Part shown: positions 1-9,160 of the stretch, one piece after another | Layout of the letters: every line of letters starts with the position of its first letter | Numbering within the stretch: position 1 is the stretch's first letter | Notes under the pieces: generated by a model | What the model was told of the DNA's origin: nothing | Databases searched by the model: none | What the model saw: the letters and a program-made list of their open reading frames with translations, nothing else | NCBI GenBank assembly: GCA_051872765.1 | Contig: JBJEED010000091.1 | Location: 17,878-81,877, forward strand | Source of the DNA: Bacilli bacterium | GTDB taxonomy: Bacteria > Bacillota_I > Bacilli_A > RF39 > UBA660 | Direction: 5' to 3' | DNA: 64,000 nt | Position numbers and translations under genes: made by a program

Positions 1-238
1 TCATATCCACCTGAATTAATTTTCAAATTTTTACATTGTGGTAATTTATCATAGTCTACTAACAATTCACTTTTATTTTCAGAATAGATTTTTTGCAAAT
101 CTTCACTTTCAGGCTTACACAGTATATTAGAAACATAATTTTTCTTAGTTTCAGTTTCTTTATTTTCTAAAGTAAAACGCTTAGTACATCCACATAACAT
201 TAACAACGCTAATGTTATTATTAATATCTTTTTTTTCA
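1..238 (-). CDS. Partial ORF (N-terminal part) of a putative lipoprotein; starts at ATG 236-238 on the minus strand
   Basis: Translation MKKKILIITLALLMLCGC... gives a signal peptide plus an L-x-G-C lipobox. The ORF runs out of the window. Confidence 0.4.
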
Positions 239-598
239 TTAATTTTCTCCTTTTAAACACTTAATTATTTCATTATTTATTTCTTGATAAGAAATATCTA
301 ATATTGGTTTCCTTAATATTATAACATAATCATTAGAGGAATTAAAATTATTTTTCATTAGAATATCCTTAATTCTTCTTTTATATAGATTTCTTATATT
401 AGCTTTACCAATTTTTTTACTAACACTAATGCAATATCTATTATACTTCAAATTATTGTTAACTAAATAAATAATAAAATATTTGTTAACTATTTTTTTC
501 GAGTTTTTTATTATTTTTTGAATTTCTTCATTCTTTTTGATTATATACTTTTTATTCATTATAATCACATCCTTTAATATATACATTGTATATTTCAC
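239..598 (-). CDS. rnpA: Ribonuclease P protein component
   Basis: 119-aa basic protein immediately downstream of rpmH. This is the conserved rpmH-rnpA arrangement next to dnaA. Confidence 0.8.
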   Translation of the reverse strand: MKYTMYILKDVIIMNKKYIIKKNEEIQKIIKNSKKIVNKYFIIYLVNNNLKYNRYCISVSKKIGKANIRNLYKRRIKDILMKNNFNSSNDYVIILRKPILDISYQEINNEIIKCLKGEN

Positions 599-786
599 TT
601 GATGAAAATATTATATAAAAAAAATAATTTAAATTAAAGTGATTTATTTATTTTTATTAATTTATAATACTTTAAAATAAAAGAAGTAAGTTACTTATAA
701 AAGTAATCTTACTTCATATTAATAATTTGAAACTAAATATCTTTTAAGATTATTTTATCAAATTTGATTATTATAAATTTATAGAA

Positions 787-909
787 TTATTTAGACAATT
801 CTTTTCTTCCTTTTGCTCTTCTTGATTTTAATACGTTTGTACCTTTTCTAGCAAAAAATCCAGATGTTTTACTTTTTTTACGATTATTTGGTTGAAATGT
901 TCTTTTCAT
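787..909 (-). CDS. rpmH: 50S ribosomal protein L34 (40 aa; not in the ORF track because it is shorter than the cutoff)
   Basis: Manual translation gives [40 protein letters not shown], the canonical L34 sequence. Confidence 0.9.
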   Translation of the reverse strand: MKRTFQPNNRKKSKTSGFFARKGTNVLKSRRAKGRKELSK

Positions 910-1005
910 AATTAACCTCCGTTTCTCTTTGACTGAAATAGATTATATTATAAGTTTTTTTAAAAGTCAACTTATTTAGGTTTAAAAATATGCTGTTTAA
1001 ATAAA

Positions 1006-2451
1006 TTAATATTCAATTGAATCAACTAAATCATTAATTAATTCTAAATAACTATTATAGTTTGGAATATAATTATATATATTATTAATAAACTCTTTTC
1101 CAGTTATTTTATTACCATTTTTTAATTCTACTATACAGTTTTCTGGAATATTATCAATTATATTATTATCTAAAATATATTTCTTTATAGTTATACTAGT
1201 TCCATTTTTCAAGTTAACTATTTTATTAGCATATTCATCACTTATTATATATTCTGATATTATTTTATCTTTTTGATTAGTTTCTTTTTTTTCATAGTTA
1301 TCCATAATAGATAATAAATAATCCATTATTAATTTAATTTGTCTAAATGAAAAATTCATCTTTTTATATGCAAAATATAAACTTGACGATAATAATAATA
1401 TCTTATTTATCTTATCCATACTAGGATTTAATAAATCTAAAATATCTTCAATATTTTTATAATTATTAACTAATATGTTATCGAATGTATCATAAAATAA
1501 TTTATAATATTTATCACTTGTGTCCTTTTTTATTATATTCTCATAATACTTTGCATAAGCAATATTAAAAAAATCTTCACTTTCATATCTAATTTCAATA
1601 TTATTATCTTCTTTATCAATAAAATATATCATTTCATTTTCATCATACTTTATAATAAAATCATTTCCTTGAAAACTACTTAATTCCATTACTAAATTTT
1701 CTTCAAATAAATTAAATATATCATCATTATTATATATTATAAGTATATAATTATATAAAATATTTAACATTCTTTTTTTATTTATTTTTCTTTCATTTTT
1801 ATATAAAAATTCAATATATCTTAAAAATGATTCAATATTTATATCACTTTCATTCATATATTTAGAATAATAGTGGTACAAATACTTTATATAAATATTT
1901 TTAAAAGAATATGGGGATATCTCCGTATATACTCCTATTAAATTAATTTGATATAAAAAAGGTAATGTTCGAGATTTAACTAATTTAGATATTTCTTCTG
2001 ATTTTGTAAAATAATCTATTATTTTATTTGCATCGATTACTTTAAATACTCTCATTTGAAATATAGTATTTTTAAGTTTTTTATTTAATTTTATTGAAAA
2101 ATTAATATTATTTTCAAAACAATATTTAACTAAACTATTTGCAATAAATTCATAATTATCTTCAAATACAGGAATATCTAATAAAATATTATGTTTTTTA
2201 TTTTTTTTATCATCTATATTTTCAATATAAAAATAATTGTCATATTCATTATAAATAACATAATTTTTATTGAAATCTAGTTTTAACAAATCAGTAAATA
2301 TTTTTTTAGAAATAATTGAAATATCTTTTTTATATGATCCAATTGCTATATTATAACTTAATATTTTATTAACAAATGATTCAAAATTATTATCTTTATA
2401 ATATTCGAACATTGTTTTTAAATAATTTTCAAAATTAGTTTTTAGTTCCAT
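1006..2451 (-). CDS. Hypothetical N/K/Y-rich 481-aa protein, no recognisable family
   Basis: Long uninterrupted ORF in a genome where stop codons are very frequent. It sits between rpmH and dnaA. Confidence 0.5.
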   Translation of the reverse strand: MELKTNFENYLKTMFEYYKDNNFESFVNKILSYNIAIGSYKKDISIISKKIFTDLLKLDFNKNYVIYNEYDNYFYIENIDDKKNKKHNILLDIPVFEDNYEFIANSLVKYCFENNINFSIKLNKKLKNTIFQMRVFKVIDANKIIDYFTKSEEISKLVKSRTLPFLYQINLIGVYTEISPYSFKNIYIKYLYHYYSKYMNESDINIESFLRYIEFLYKNERKINKKRMLNILYNYILIIYNNDDIFNLFEENLVMELSSFQGNDFIIKYDENEMIYFIDKEDNNIEIRYESEDFFNIAYAKYYENIIKKDTSDKYYKLFYDTFDNILVNNYKNIEDILDLLNPSMDKINKILLLSSSLYFAYKKMNFSFRQIKLIMDYLLSIMDNYEKKETNQKDKIISEYIISDEYANKIVNLKNGTSITIKKYILDNNIIDNIPENCIVELKNGNKITGKEFINNIYNYIPNYNSYLELINDLVDSIEY

Positions 2452-2761
2452 ATTAACACCTAATTAATTTTATCATAAATTAAATGTTATGTTAATTTAT
2501 TTTTTTACACTTTATGTTAACTTATTAACAATATTTCAACATTTTATGTTAACTTATCAACAAGTTATTAACATAACACTATAAAGATATGTTAAAATTT
2601 GTTAATAATGTTAGTAACTCTTTTTAGGTTAATAAATAAAAGAAAAAAATGTTTACAAATTGTTTGGAACTTGTTAATATAAATGTTAATAAATTATTTT
2701 GTTTTGACATTAAAAAAAGATGATTTATAATAATTGTGTAAGTGTGAAGAAAGGAGAAATT
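2452..2761. promoter_or_regulatory. oriC-upstream region with DnaA-box-like 9-mers and the dnaA promoter
   Basis: A 22-bp direct repeat TTATGTTAACTTAT[T/C]AACAA occurs twice (about 2511-2532 and 2546-2566). It contains TTATCAACA and TTATTAACA, variants of the DnaA box TTATCCACA. TTGACA (2704-2709) and TATAAT (2726-2731) lie ahead of dnaA. Confidence 0.5.
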
Positions 2762-4147
2762 ATGACTACAGAAGAGTTATGGAAAGAATTTTTATCACGG
2801 ATAAGTAAACGAGTTTCTCCAATTACATATAATTGTCTTTTTAAAGATTTAAAATTGCATTCTTATAAAAACAGTAAATTTACTATAATAGTTCCTGATA
2901 GTAATAATAATGAATTGTATATACAAAATTTAAAAGATTCTTACAACATAATAGTTGAAGATATTGCTAATGATTTAACTAACGATACTTGTGAGATAGA
3001 ATATATACTACAAAAAGATATAAAAAAATTAGATGAAGAAGAAGAAAAACAAGAAAGTAATAATGATCAAATAGAAAATATTACTAATTATAAATATAAA
3101 AGTAATTTTAATCCTAAGTACACTTTTGATACTTTTGTAGTGGGTGAATCAAATAAATTAGCATATGGAACTGCTTTATCTGTTGCACAAAATCCAGGAA
3201 AATTATATAATCCATATTTTATTTATGCTAAAAGTGGTCTTGGAAAAACACATTTAATGCATGCAATAGGTAATTACATAGTTACACATTCAGATAAGAG
3301 AGTTTTATATATAAGTTCTGAACAATTCATTAACGACTATGTTTCTATAGTAAATACTAGAAATAAAAATAATAACAATATTACTTATTTAGAGGCTTTT
3401 AGAGAAAAATATAGAAATGTTGATGTACTAATGATTGATGATATACAATTTTTAGAAAAAGCTACCAAAACACAAATTGAATTTACAAATACTTTTAATA
3501 CATTATATGATAATGAAAAACAAATTATAATTGCATCAGATACTTCTATTAATGATTATAAATATTTAGAAGATAGATTAAAAACTAGATTTGGTTGGGG
3601 GTTAACGGAATCGATAAATCCTCCGGAATTTGAATTAAAAAAGAATATAATAAGAAAAAAAGTTATGCTTAATGATTTTCCACAACTAAATGAAGATGTA
3701 GTTGAATATATTGCTAATAATTGTGGAAGTGATATTAGAAATCTTGAAAATGCAGTAATTAGATTGGTTGCTTATAGAGTAACATTAAATATTAATGAAA
3801 TTACTTTAGAGGTAGCACAAAATGCTTTAAGAGAGTATGTAGGACAAGTAATATATAGAACTAATTCTGTTTCCAAAATTATTGATGTAGTAGCTAAATA
3901 TTATGGAATAGATTCTTCTATGATTAAAGGTAAAATGAGAAATAAAAATGTTGTTACAGCTAGATCTATTGCAATATACCTTAGTTGTTTAATGACTGAT
4001 GAAAGTCAAGAAAGAATAGGATTAGAAATGGGGGGAAGAGATCACTCGACAATAATTTATTCAAGGGATAAAATTACTGAAGAATTAAAAGTTAATTTAA
4101 AATTACAAGAAGAAATAAAAATTTTAAAAGAAAAAATTTGTGAATAA
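2762..4147 (+). CDS. dnaA: Chromosomal replication initiator DnaA (start taken at ATG 2762 after RBS AAAGGAG)
   Basis: Walker A GLGKTHL, conserved AAA+ core, C-terminal DnaA-box-binding domain. Position after rpmH. Confidence 0.95.
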   Translation: MTTEELWKEFLSRISKRVSPITYNCLFKDLKLHSYKNSKFTIIVPDSNNNELYIQNLKDSYNIIVEDIANDLTNDTCEIEYILQKDIKKLDEEEEKQESNNDQIENITNYKYKSNFNPKYTFDTFVVGESNKLAYGTALSVAQNPGKLYNPYFIYAKSGLGKTHLMHAIGNYIVTHSDKRVLYISSEQFINDYVSIVNTRNKNNNNITYLEAFREKYRNVDVLMIDDIQFLEKATKTQIEFTNTFNTLYDNEKQIIIASDTSINDYKYLEDRLKTRFGWGLTESINPPEFELKKNIIRKKVMLNDFPQLNEDVVEYIANNCGSDIRNLENAVIRLVAYRVTLNINEITLEVAQNALREYVGQVIYRTNSVSKIIDVVAKYYGIDSSMIKGKMRNKNVVTARSIAIYLSCLMTDESQERIGLEMGGRDHSTIIYSRDKITEELKVNLKLQEEIKILKEKICE

Positions 4148-4278
4148 ATCAACCAGTTATCAACAAACTAACAAATATAAAAAAATAGAAAACCCTGTTA
4201 ATAACTTAACATAAACTAGTTATCAACAATATCAACACTTAATAATAATATGATTTATATAAATAAGGAGGTAAAATT
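4148..4278. promoter_or_regulatory. dnaA-dnaN intergenic oriC segment with DnaA boxes
   Basis: TTATCAACA at about 4160-4168 and 4222-4230, plus TATCAACAC at 4232-4240, in AT-rich spacer. This is the typical Firmicute oriC/DUE location. Confidence 0.6.
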
Positions 4279-5397
4279 ATGAAATTAATAATTGAAAAAA
4301 ATATTTTAATGGAAGGATTAAATGCAGTAAGTAGAGCTTTATCTACAAGAAATATAATACCTGTATTAAATTGTATCAAATTTGATTTACAAAATAATGG
4401 ATTATATTTAACAGCAACAGATAATGATATAACAATTCAATATTATATTGATAAAAAAGATATAAAAAGTATTGAAGAAACAGGATGTTCTATTATTTAT
4501 GGAAAAACATTATTAGAGGTTATTAGAAAATTACCTGAAACAGATATTTTAATAGAAAATTTTGAAAATAACGAAGTATCTTTTAAAACAAATAATTCTA
4601 TATATAATTTTAATTGTTATATGGTTGAAGATTATCCAAACATTTCTTTAGAAGAAGGAAAAAATCCGATAAGTATATCAAGTAATAAATTTAAGGAAAT
4701 AATTAATAAAACAACATTTGCTTGTTCATTACAAGAAAGTAACCCTGTATTAACAGGTGTAAATGTAAAAATTCAAGGAGATTTATTTGAATGTATTGCT
4801 ACAGACTCATATAGAATTTCAAAGATTAATCTAAAATTAGATGAAATGTATATTGAAAATATAAATATCGTGATTCCAGCAAAAAATATAAATGAATTTG
4901 CAAAAATTATAAATTCTGATTCAAAAATGGAAATACATGTATTTAGTAATAAAGTTATATTTAAGTTAGATAATATTATTTTTCAATCATCATTATTGAA
5001 TGGAAATTATCCACAACTTGAAAATATTTTTCCAAATGAGTTTGAATATAAAATAAAAGTAAATTTAAAAGATTTCTACAATACTTTAGATAGGGCATCA
5101 TTATTAACTGGATCTAGTAAAAAATATATTATAGATGCAGAAATTAAAGATAATTATTTGAAATTAAAAGCATCAAGTGCAGAAATGGGTAAAGTAGAAG
5201 AAAAAATTAGTATAGAAAATTTAACTAATAATAATATATACATATCATTTAGTTCAAAATATGTGCTTGAATCATTGAAGATGTTTAGTAGTGAAGATAT
5301 ATATATATTATTAAATAGTGGTGTAAAACCATTTGTGTTAAAAGAAGTTGATAATGATAATTTTATTCAACTTGTATTTCCTATTCAAACTAATTAG
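4279..5397 (+). CDS. dnaN: DNA polymerase III beta sliding clamp
   Basis: 372 aa, beta-clamp three-domain pattern, directly after dnaA. Confidence 0.95.
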   Translation: MKLIIEKNILMEGLNAVSRALSTRNIIPVLNCIKFDLQNNGLYLTATDNDITIQYYIDKKDIKSIEETGCSIIYGKTLLEVIRKLPETDILIENFENNEVSFKTNNSIYNFNCYMVEDYPNISLEEGKNPISISSNKFKEIINKTTFACSLQESNPVLTGVNVKIQGDLFECIATDSYRISKINLKLDEMYIENINIVIPAKNINEFAKIINSDSKMEIHVFSNKVIFKLDNIIFQSSLLNGNYPQLENIFPNEFEYKIKVNLKDFYNTLDRASLLTGSSKKYIIDAEIKDNYLKLKASSAEMGKVEEKISIENLTNNNIYISFSSKYVLESLKMFSSEDIYILLNSGVKPFVLKEVDNDNFIQLVFPIQTN

Positions 5398-5505
5398 TAA
5401 TCATTTAGTAATATTTAAAAGAAAATGTAATAGTTTATTTAAAATAATTAATAAATTATTACATTTTTTATTGTGTAAAACAAATATATTGGAAAATTTT
5501 TCCTT

Positions 5506-5532
5506 TTCGACAAAAAATGACAAAATTCGACA
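5506..5532. promoter_or_regulatory. Two Spo0A-box matches (TTCGACA, which is TGTCGAA on the other strand) 20 bp apart
   Basis: Exact 7-mers at 5506-5512 and 5526-5532, about 50-80 bp upstream of the comK-like start. CG-containing 7-mers are rare in this AT-rich genome. Confidence 0.4.
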
Positions 5533-5584
5533 AACGTAATATGTTAGTATAGCAATCAATTTTAAAGAAAGGGGGTATTATACA

Positions 5585-6046
5585 ATGAAATATGAAATCA
5601 ACTCAGATACTCAAGTAATCTTACCAATTAGTAAAGAGTGTACAAAGGTCATAGAACAGGGAGACGAATATATATTAAATATAGCTTGTCATGAAATATT
5701 AGAACATAGTTGTGAATATTTTGGTAGTTCATATGAAGGTAGAAAAGAAGGAACAAAGAAAATTTTAGGTATTACACATAAGGCTCCAATAATAATTGAA
5801 GAAAGTAGACAAATAATATTTTTTCCAACAACTTCACCAGATAATATTAACTGCGTATGGATTAATTTAGAAAAAATTGAAAAGTATTTTAAAACAGATA
5901 CTAGAAAATCAGCAATTATTTTTAAAGACGGAACAACATTAGAATTTAATATATCTTATGGATCTTTAACAAATCAAATAATGAGAGCAACAAGATTAAA
6001 ATATGTTTTAAATGAAAGATTAATAAAAAAAGAAGATAATAAATAA
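5585..6046 (+). CDS. comK: ComK-family competence transcription factor homolog
   Basis: 153 aa; CEYFGSSYEGRKEGT...ITHKAPIII...QIIFFPT...ISYGSL aligns block by block with B. subtilis ComK (CRFFGSSYAGRKAGT...ISHKPPIMV...QIFLFPT...ISYNSF). Confidence 0.8.
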   Translation: MKYEINSDTQVILPISKECTKVIEQGDEYILNIACHEILEHSCEYFGSSYEGRKEGTKKILGITHKAPIIIEESRQIIFFPTTSPDNINCVWINLEKIEKYFKTDTRKSAIIFKDGTTLEFNISYGSLTNQIMRATRLKYVLNERLIKKEDNK

Positions 6047-6149
6047 AATTATCTTTTTTTATAAGGAAATTTGTGGTATAATCTTATTAGTGAGTAGGAG
6101 TACTATTTAAATAAAAAATTCAAAAATTGGGGGTTAAAGAGGTTTAAAA

Positions 6150-7229
6150 ATGAATATTACAAAAATTGAACTAAATAATTTTAGAAATTACAAGAAAAAA
6201 ATTTTTGATAATTTTTCAAATTTAAATATTATTATTGGTAAAAATGGTATAGGTAAAACATCTATACTTGAAGCAATTTATTTAGGTAGTTTAGCTAAGT
6301 CTTTTAAAACTACATCTGAATTGTCCATAATTAAAACAGGAACAGATTATTTTAGAATAAAAATATATTATTTTGATGATGGACAAAAAAAGAATTTAGA
6401 GTTGTATTTAGATAAAAATGGCAAAAAATCAAAAATAAATTCAAAATTACAAAATAAATTAAGTTCTTTTATTTCTCAATATAGAATAATTTTACTTTCT
6501 CCAGATGAATTAAAATTAATTAAATCATCACCTAATATTAGAAGAAATTATTTAAATATACAAATATCACAGTTACATAAAGAATATCTTTATTATTTAA
6601 ATAATTATAACGTGCTTATTAAAAATAAAAACGATTATTTGAAAAAACTATTAACTAATAGTACATTAGATACAAGATATTTAGATATATTAGATAAAAA
6701 AATAGTAGAAGAGGGAATAAAAATATATAATTATAGAAAAAAATATATAGATTCTATAAATAAATATATTAATTCAATTTTTAAAAACTATGTAAAAAAT
6801 AATGAAATTGAATTAAATTACATATCTGACTATGAAATAAATGATAAAGATAAATTATTAAAAGAACTTAAAAGAAATAGAAGAAAAGAGATTAATATTG
6901 GTATGACTTCTTTTGGTATTCATAGGGATAATTTTGAATTTATGCATAATGGAAATAATTCTAAAGAATATAGTTCTCAAGGATTACAAAAATTAATAGT
7001 TTTAGCTATGAAATTGTCTGAAATAAAAATATTTATGGATGATTATCAAATAACTCCTATTTTATTACTTGATGATTTATTTAGTGAACTTGATGAAAAA
7101 AATAGAAATAATATTTTTAAATCATTAAATAAAGATATACAAATATTTATAACAACTACAGATTTAAAAAATATTAATAAAAATATTATAAAAAAAGCCA
7201 AAATATATGATTTAAATGAGAGGGTGTGA
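6150..7229 (+). CDS. recF: DNA replication and repair protein RecF
   Basis: N-terminal Walker [18 protein letters not shown]-like ABC ATPase, C-terminal D-loop [11 protein letters not shown]. Position dnaN-recF-gyrB. Confidence 0.9.
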   Translation: MNITKIELNNFRNYKKKIFDNFSNLNIIIGKNGIGKTSILEAIYLGSLAKSFKTTSELSIIKTGTDYFRIKIYYFDDGQKKNLELYLDKNGKKSKINSKLQNKLSSFISQYRIILLSPDELKLIKSSPNIRRNYLNIQISQLHKEYLYYLNNYNVLIKNKNDYLKKLLTNSTLDTRYLDILDKKIVEEGIKIYNYRKKYIDSINKYINSIFKNYVKNNEIELNYISDYEINDKDKLLKELKRNRRKEINIGMTSFGIHRDNFEFMHNGNNSKEYSSQGLQKLIVLAMKLSEIKIFMDDYQITPILLLDDLFSELDEKNRNNIFKSLNKDIQIFITTTDLKNINKNIIKKAKIYDLNERV

Positions 7230-7233
7230 TATT

Positions 7234-9153
7234 ATGAATGAAGAATATGGCGTAAAAGATATACAAGTTTTAGAAGGATTAGAGGCAGTAAGAAAAAGAC
7301 CTGGTATGTATATAGGAACTACTGATGTAAAAGGGTTACATCATTTAGTCTGGGAAATTGTAGATAATTCTATTGATGAGGCCTTAGCAGGTTATTGTAA
7401 TAATATTGAAATAGTAATAAATAAAGATAATTCTATAACAGTAAAAGATAATGGTCGTGGTATTCCAGTTGGTATACATCCTCAAACCGGTATTTCTACA
7501 GTAGAAACAGTTTATACAGTGCTACATGCTGGTGGAAAATTTGGCGGTGGAGGATATAAAGTATCTGGTGGACTTCATGGTGTTGGTGCATCTGTTGTTA
7601 ATGCATTATCAAAATGGGTAACTGTAACAGTATATAAGGATAGTAAAATATATGAAACAAAATTTGAGAATGGTGGAAAAACTGTTCAAAAATTAACAGA
7701 GATTGGTGAATGCGAAAAAAATAGAACTGGAACAATAGTAACATTTAAGCCAGATGCAGATATATTTGATACTGATATTTATGATTATGAAACATTAAAA
7801 ACTAGAACAAGAGAATTAGCTTTTTTAAATAAAGGATTAAGACTTACATTAAGAGATGACAGAGATGAAGAAGATACACAAGGTGATATTTTCCTATATG
7901 AAGGTGGAATAAGTGAATATGTAAAATTTATTAATCAAGGAAAAACTGTTCTTCATGATAACGTAATACATTTAGAAGGAGAAAAAGATGGAATTCTGTT
8001 TGAGGTAGCACTTCAATATAATTCTGGGTATAATGAAAATATTTATTCTTTTGTAAATAACATTAATACTCATGATGGAGGAACTCATGAAGACGGAGTT
8101 AAAAGAGCTTTAGTAAGAGTAATAAATTCATATGCAAGAAAAAATAATATATTAAAAGATAAAGACGAAAATTTAAGAGAAGATGATGTTAAAGAAGGAA
8201 TTACTATGATAGTTTCTTGTAAACATCCAAACCCTCAATTTGAAGGTCAAACAAAAGGTAGACTAGGTAATTCAGAAGTTAAGAATCTTGCAGATAGTGT
8301 TTTTGCAGAAGGATTTGAACAATTTTTACTAGAAAATCCAGAAAATGCTAAAATTATTATAAATAAAGCTATATTAGCTAGAAATGCTAGAATGGCTGCT
8401 AAAAAAGCAAGAGAAGCTACAAGAAAAAGTGATCTTACTACAACAAATTTTTTTGGTAAATTATCTGATTGTAAAAGTAAAGATCCAACAGTATCTGAAA
8501 TATTTATTGTCGAGGGAGATTCTGCCGGTGGTTCAGCAAAAAAAGGTAGAGATTCAATGACACAAGCAATATTACCTTTAAGAGGTAAAATATTAAATGT
8601 TGAAAAAGCGAGACTTGATAGAGCACTTGGGAATGAAGAAATTAAAACTATTATAACCGCGTTTGGAACAGGAATTGGTGAATATTTTGATTTAAGTAAA
8701 CTAAGATATGACAAAATAATAATTATGACCGATGCTGATGTTGATGGTGCTCACATTAGAGTATTATTATTAACATTATTTTATAGATTTTTTAAACCTA
8801 TAGTACAAGCAGGACATATTTATGCCGCTCAACCACCATTATTTAGAATTATGCATGGTAAGACAAGAAAATATGCACTAGATGAAAAAGAAAAAGATGA
8901 ATATTTAGCTTCATTACCTGAAAATGTTAGAGCTAGGGCTGAAATTGCACGTATGAAAGGTTTAGGTGAAATGGATGCTGAAGAATTAAATGAGACTACA
9001 ATGGATATTAATAAAAGAGTTTTACGTAAAATAACAGTGGATGATTGTGTATTAGCTGACTCAATATTTGAAAAATTAATGGGCGATGAAGTAGAACCAA
9101 GACGTGCATTTATAGAAGAAAACGCAGAATTTGTTAAAAATTTAGATATATAG
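7234..9153 (+). CDS. gyrB: DNA gyrase subunit B
   Basis: GHKL ATPase, [25 protein letters not shown]; start at ATG 7234. Confidence 0.97.
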   Translation: MNEEYGVKDIQVLEGLEAVRKRPGMYIGTTDVKGLHHLVWEIVDNSIDEALAGYCNNIEIVINKDNSITVKDNGRGIPVGIHPQTGISTVETVYTVLHAGGKFGGGGYKVSGGLHGVGASVVNALSKWVTVTVYKDSKIYETKFENGGKTVQKLTEIGECEKNRTGTIVTFKPDADIFDTDIYDYETLKTRTRELAFLNKGLRLTLRDDRDEEDTQGDIFLYEGGISEYVKFINQGKTVLHDNVIHLEGEKDGILFEVALQYNSGYNENIYSFVNNINTHDGGTHEDGVKRALVRVINSYARKNNILKDKDENLREDDVKEGITMIVSCKHPNPQFEGQTKGRLGNSEVKNLADSVFAEGFEQFLLENPENAKIIINKAILARNARMAAKKAREATRKSDLTTTNFFGKLSDCKSKDPTVSEIFIVEGDSAGGSAKKGRDSMTQAILPLRGKILNVEKARLDRALGNEEIKTIITAFGTGIGEYFDLSKLRYDKIIIMTDADVDGAHIRVLLLTLFYRFFKPIVQAGHIYAAQPPLFRIMHGKTRKYALDEKEKDEYLASLPENVRARAEIARMKGLGEMDAEELNETTMDINKRVLRKITVDDCVLADSIFEKLMGDEVEPRRAFIEENAEFVKNLDI

Positions 9154-9160
9154 GAGGTTT

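Noticed and set aside
5348-5539. 63-aa plus-strand ORF overlapping the end of dnaN and the comK leader
   Set aside because: It overlaps the dnaN 3' end and spans the promoter and 0A-box region. Its low-complexity translation has no RBS or start context, so it is probably non-coding.
8247-8714. 155-aa minus-strand ORF inside gyrB, and similar antisense ORFs at 9565-9747, 9754-9936, 10351-10677, 11170-11451, 13115-13483, 15059-15295, 16391-16573, 16582-16800, 16893-17090, 17819-18001, 24637-24921, 26211-26447, 29594-29908, 29974-30195, 31123-31320, 32895-33194, 33675-34045, 38375-38680, 40577-40762, 43615-43836, 44160-44659, 47535-47819, 50645-50839, 53829-54041, 55871-56104, 56402-56674, 58275-58574 and 61380-61610
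   Set aside because: All lie antisense to or overlap well-supported genes (gyrB, gyrA, dnaX and others) and have low-complexity S/L/F/I-rich translations typical of antisense frames. They are treated as spurious.
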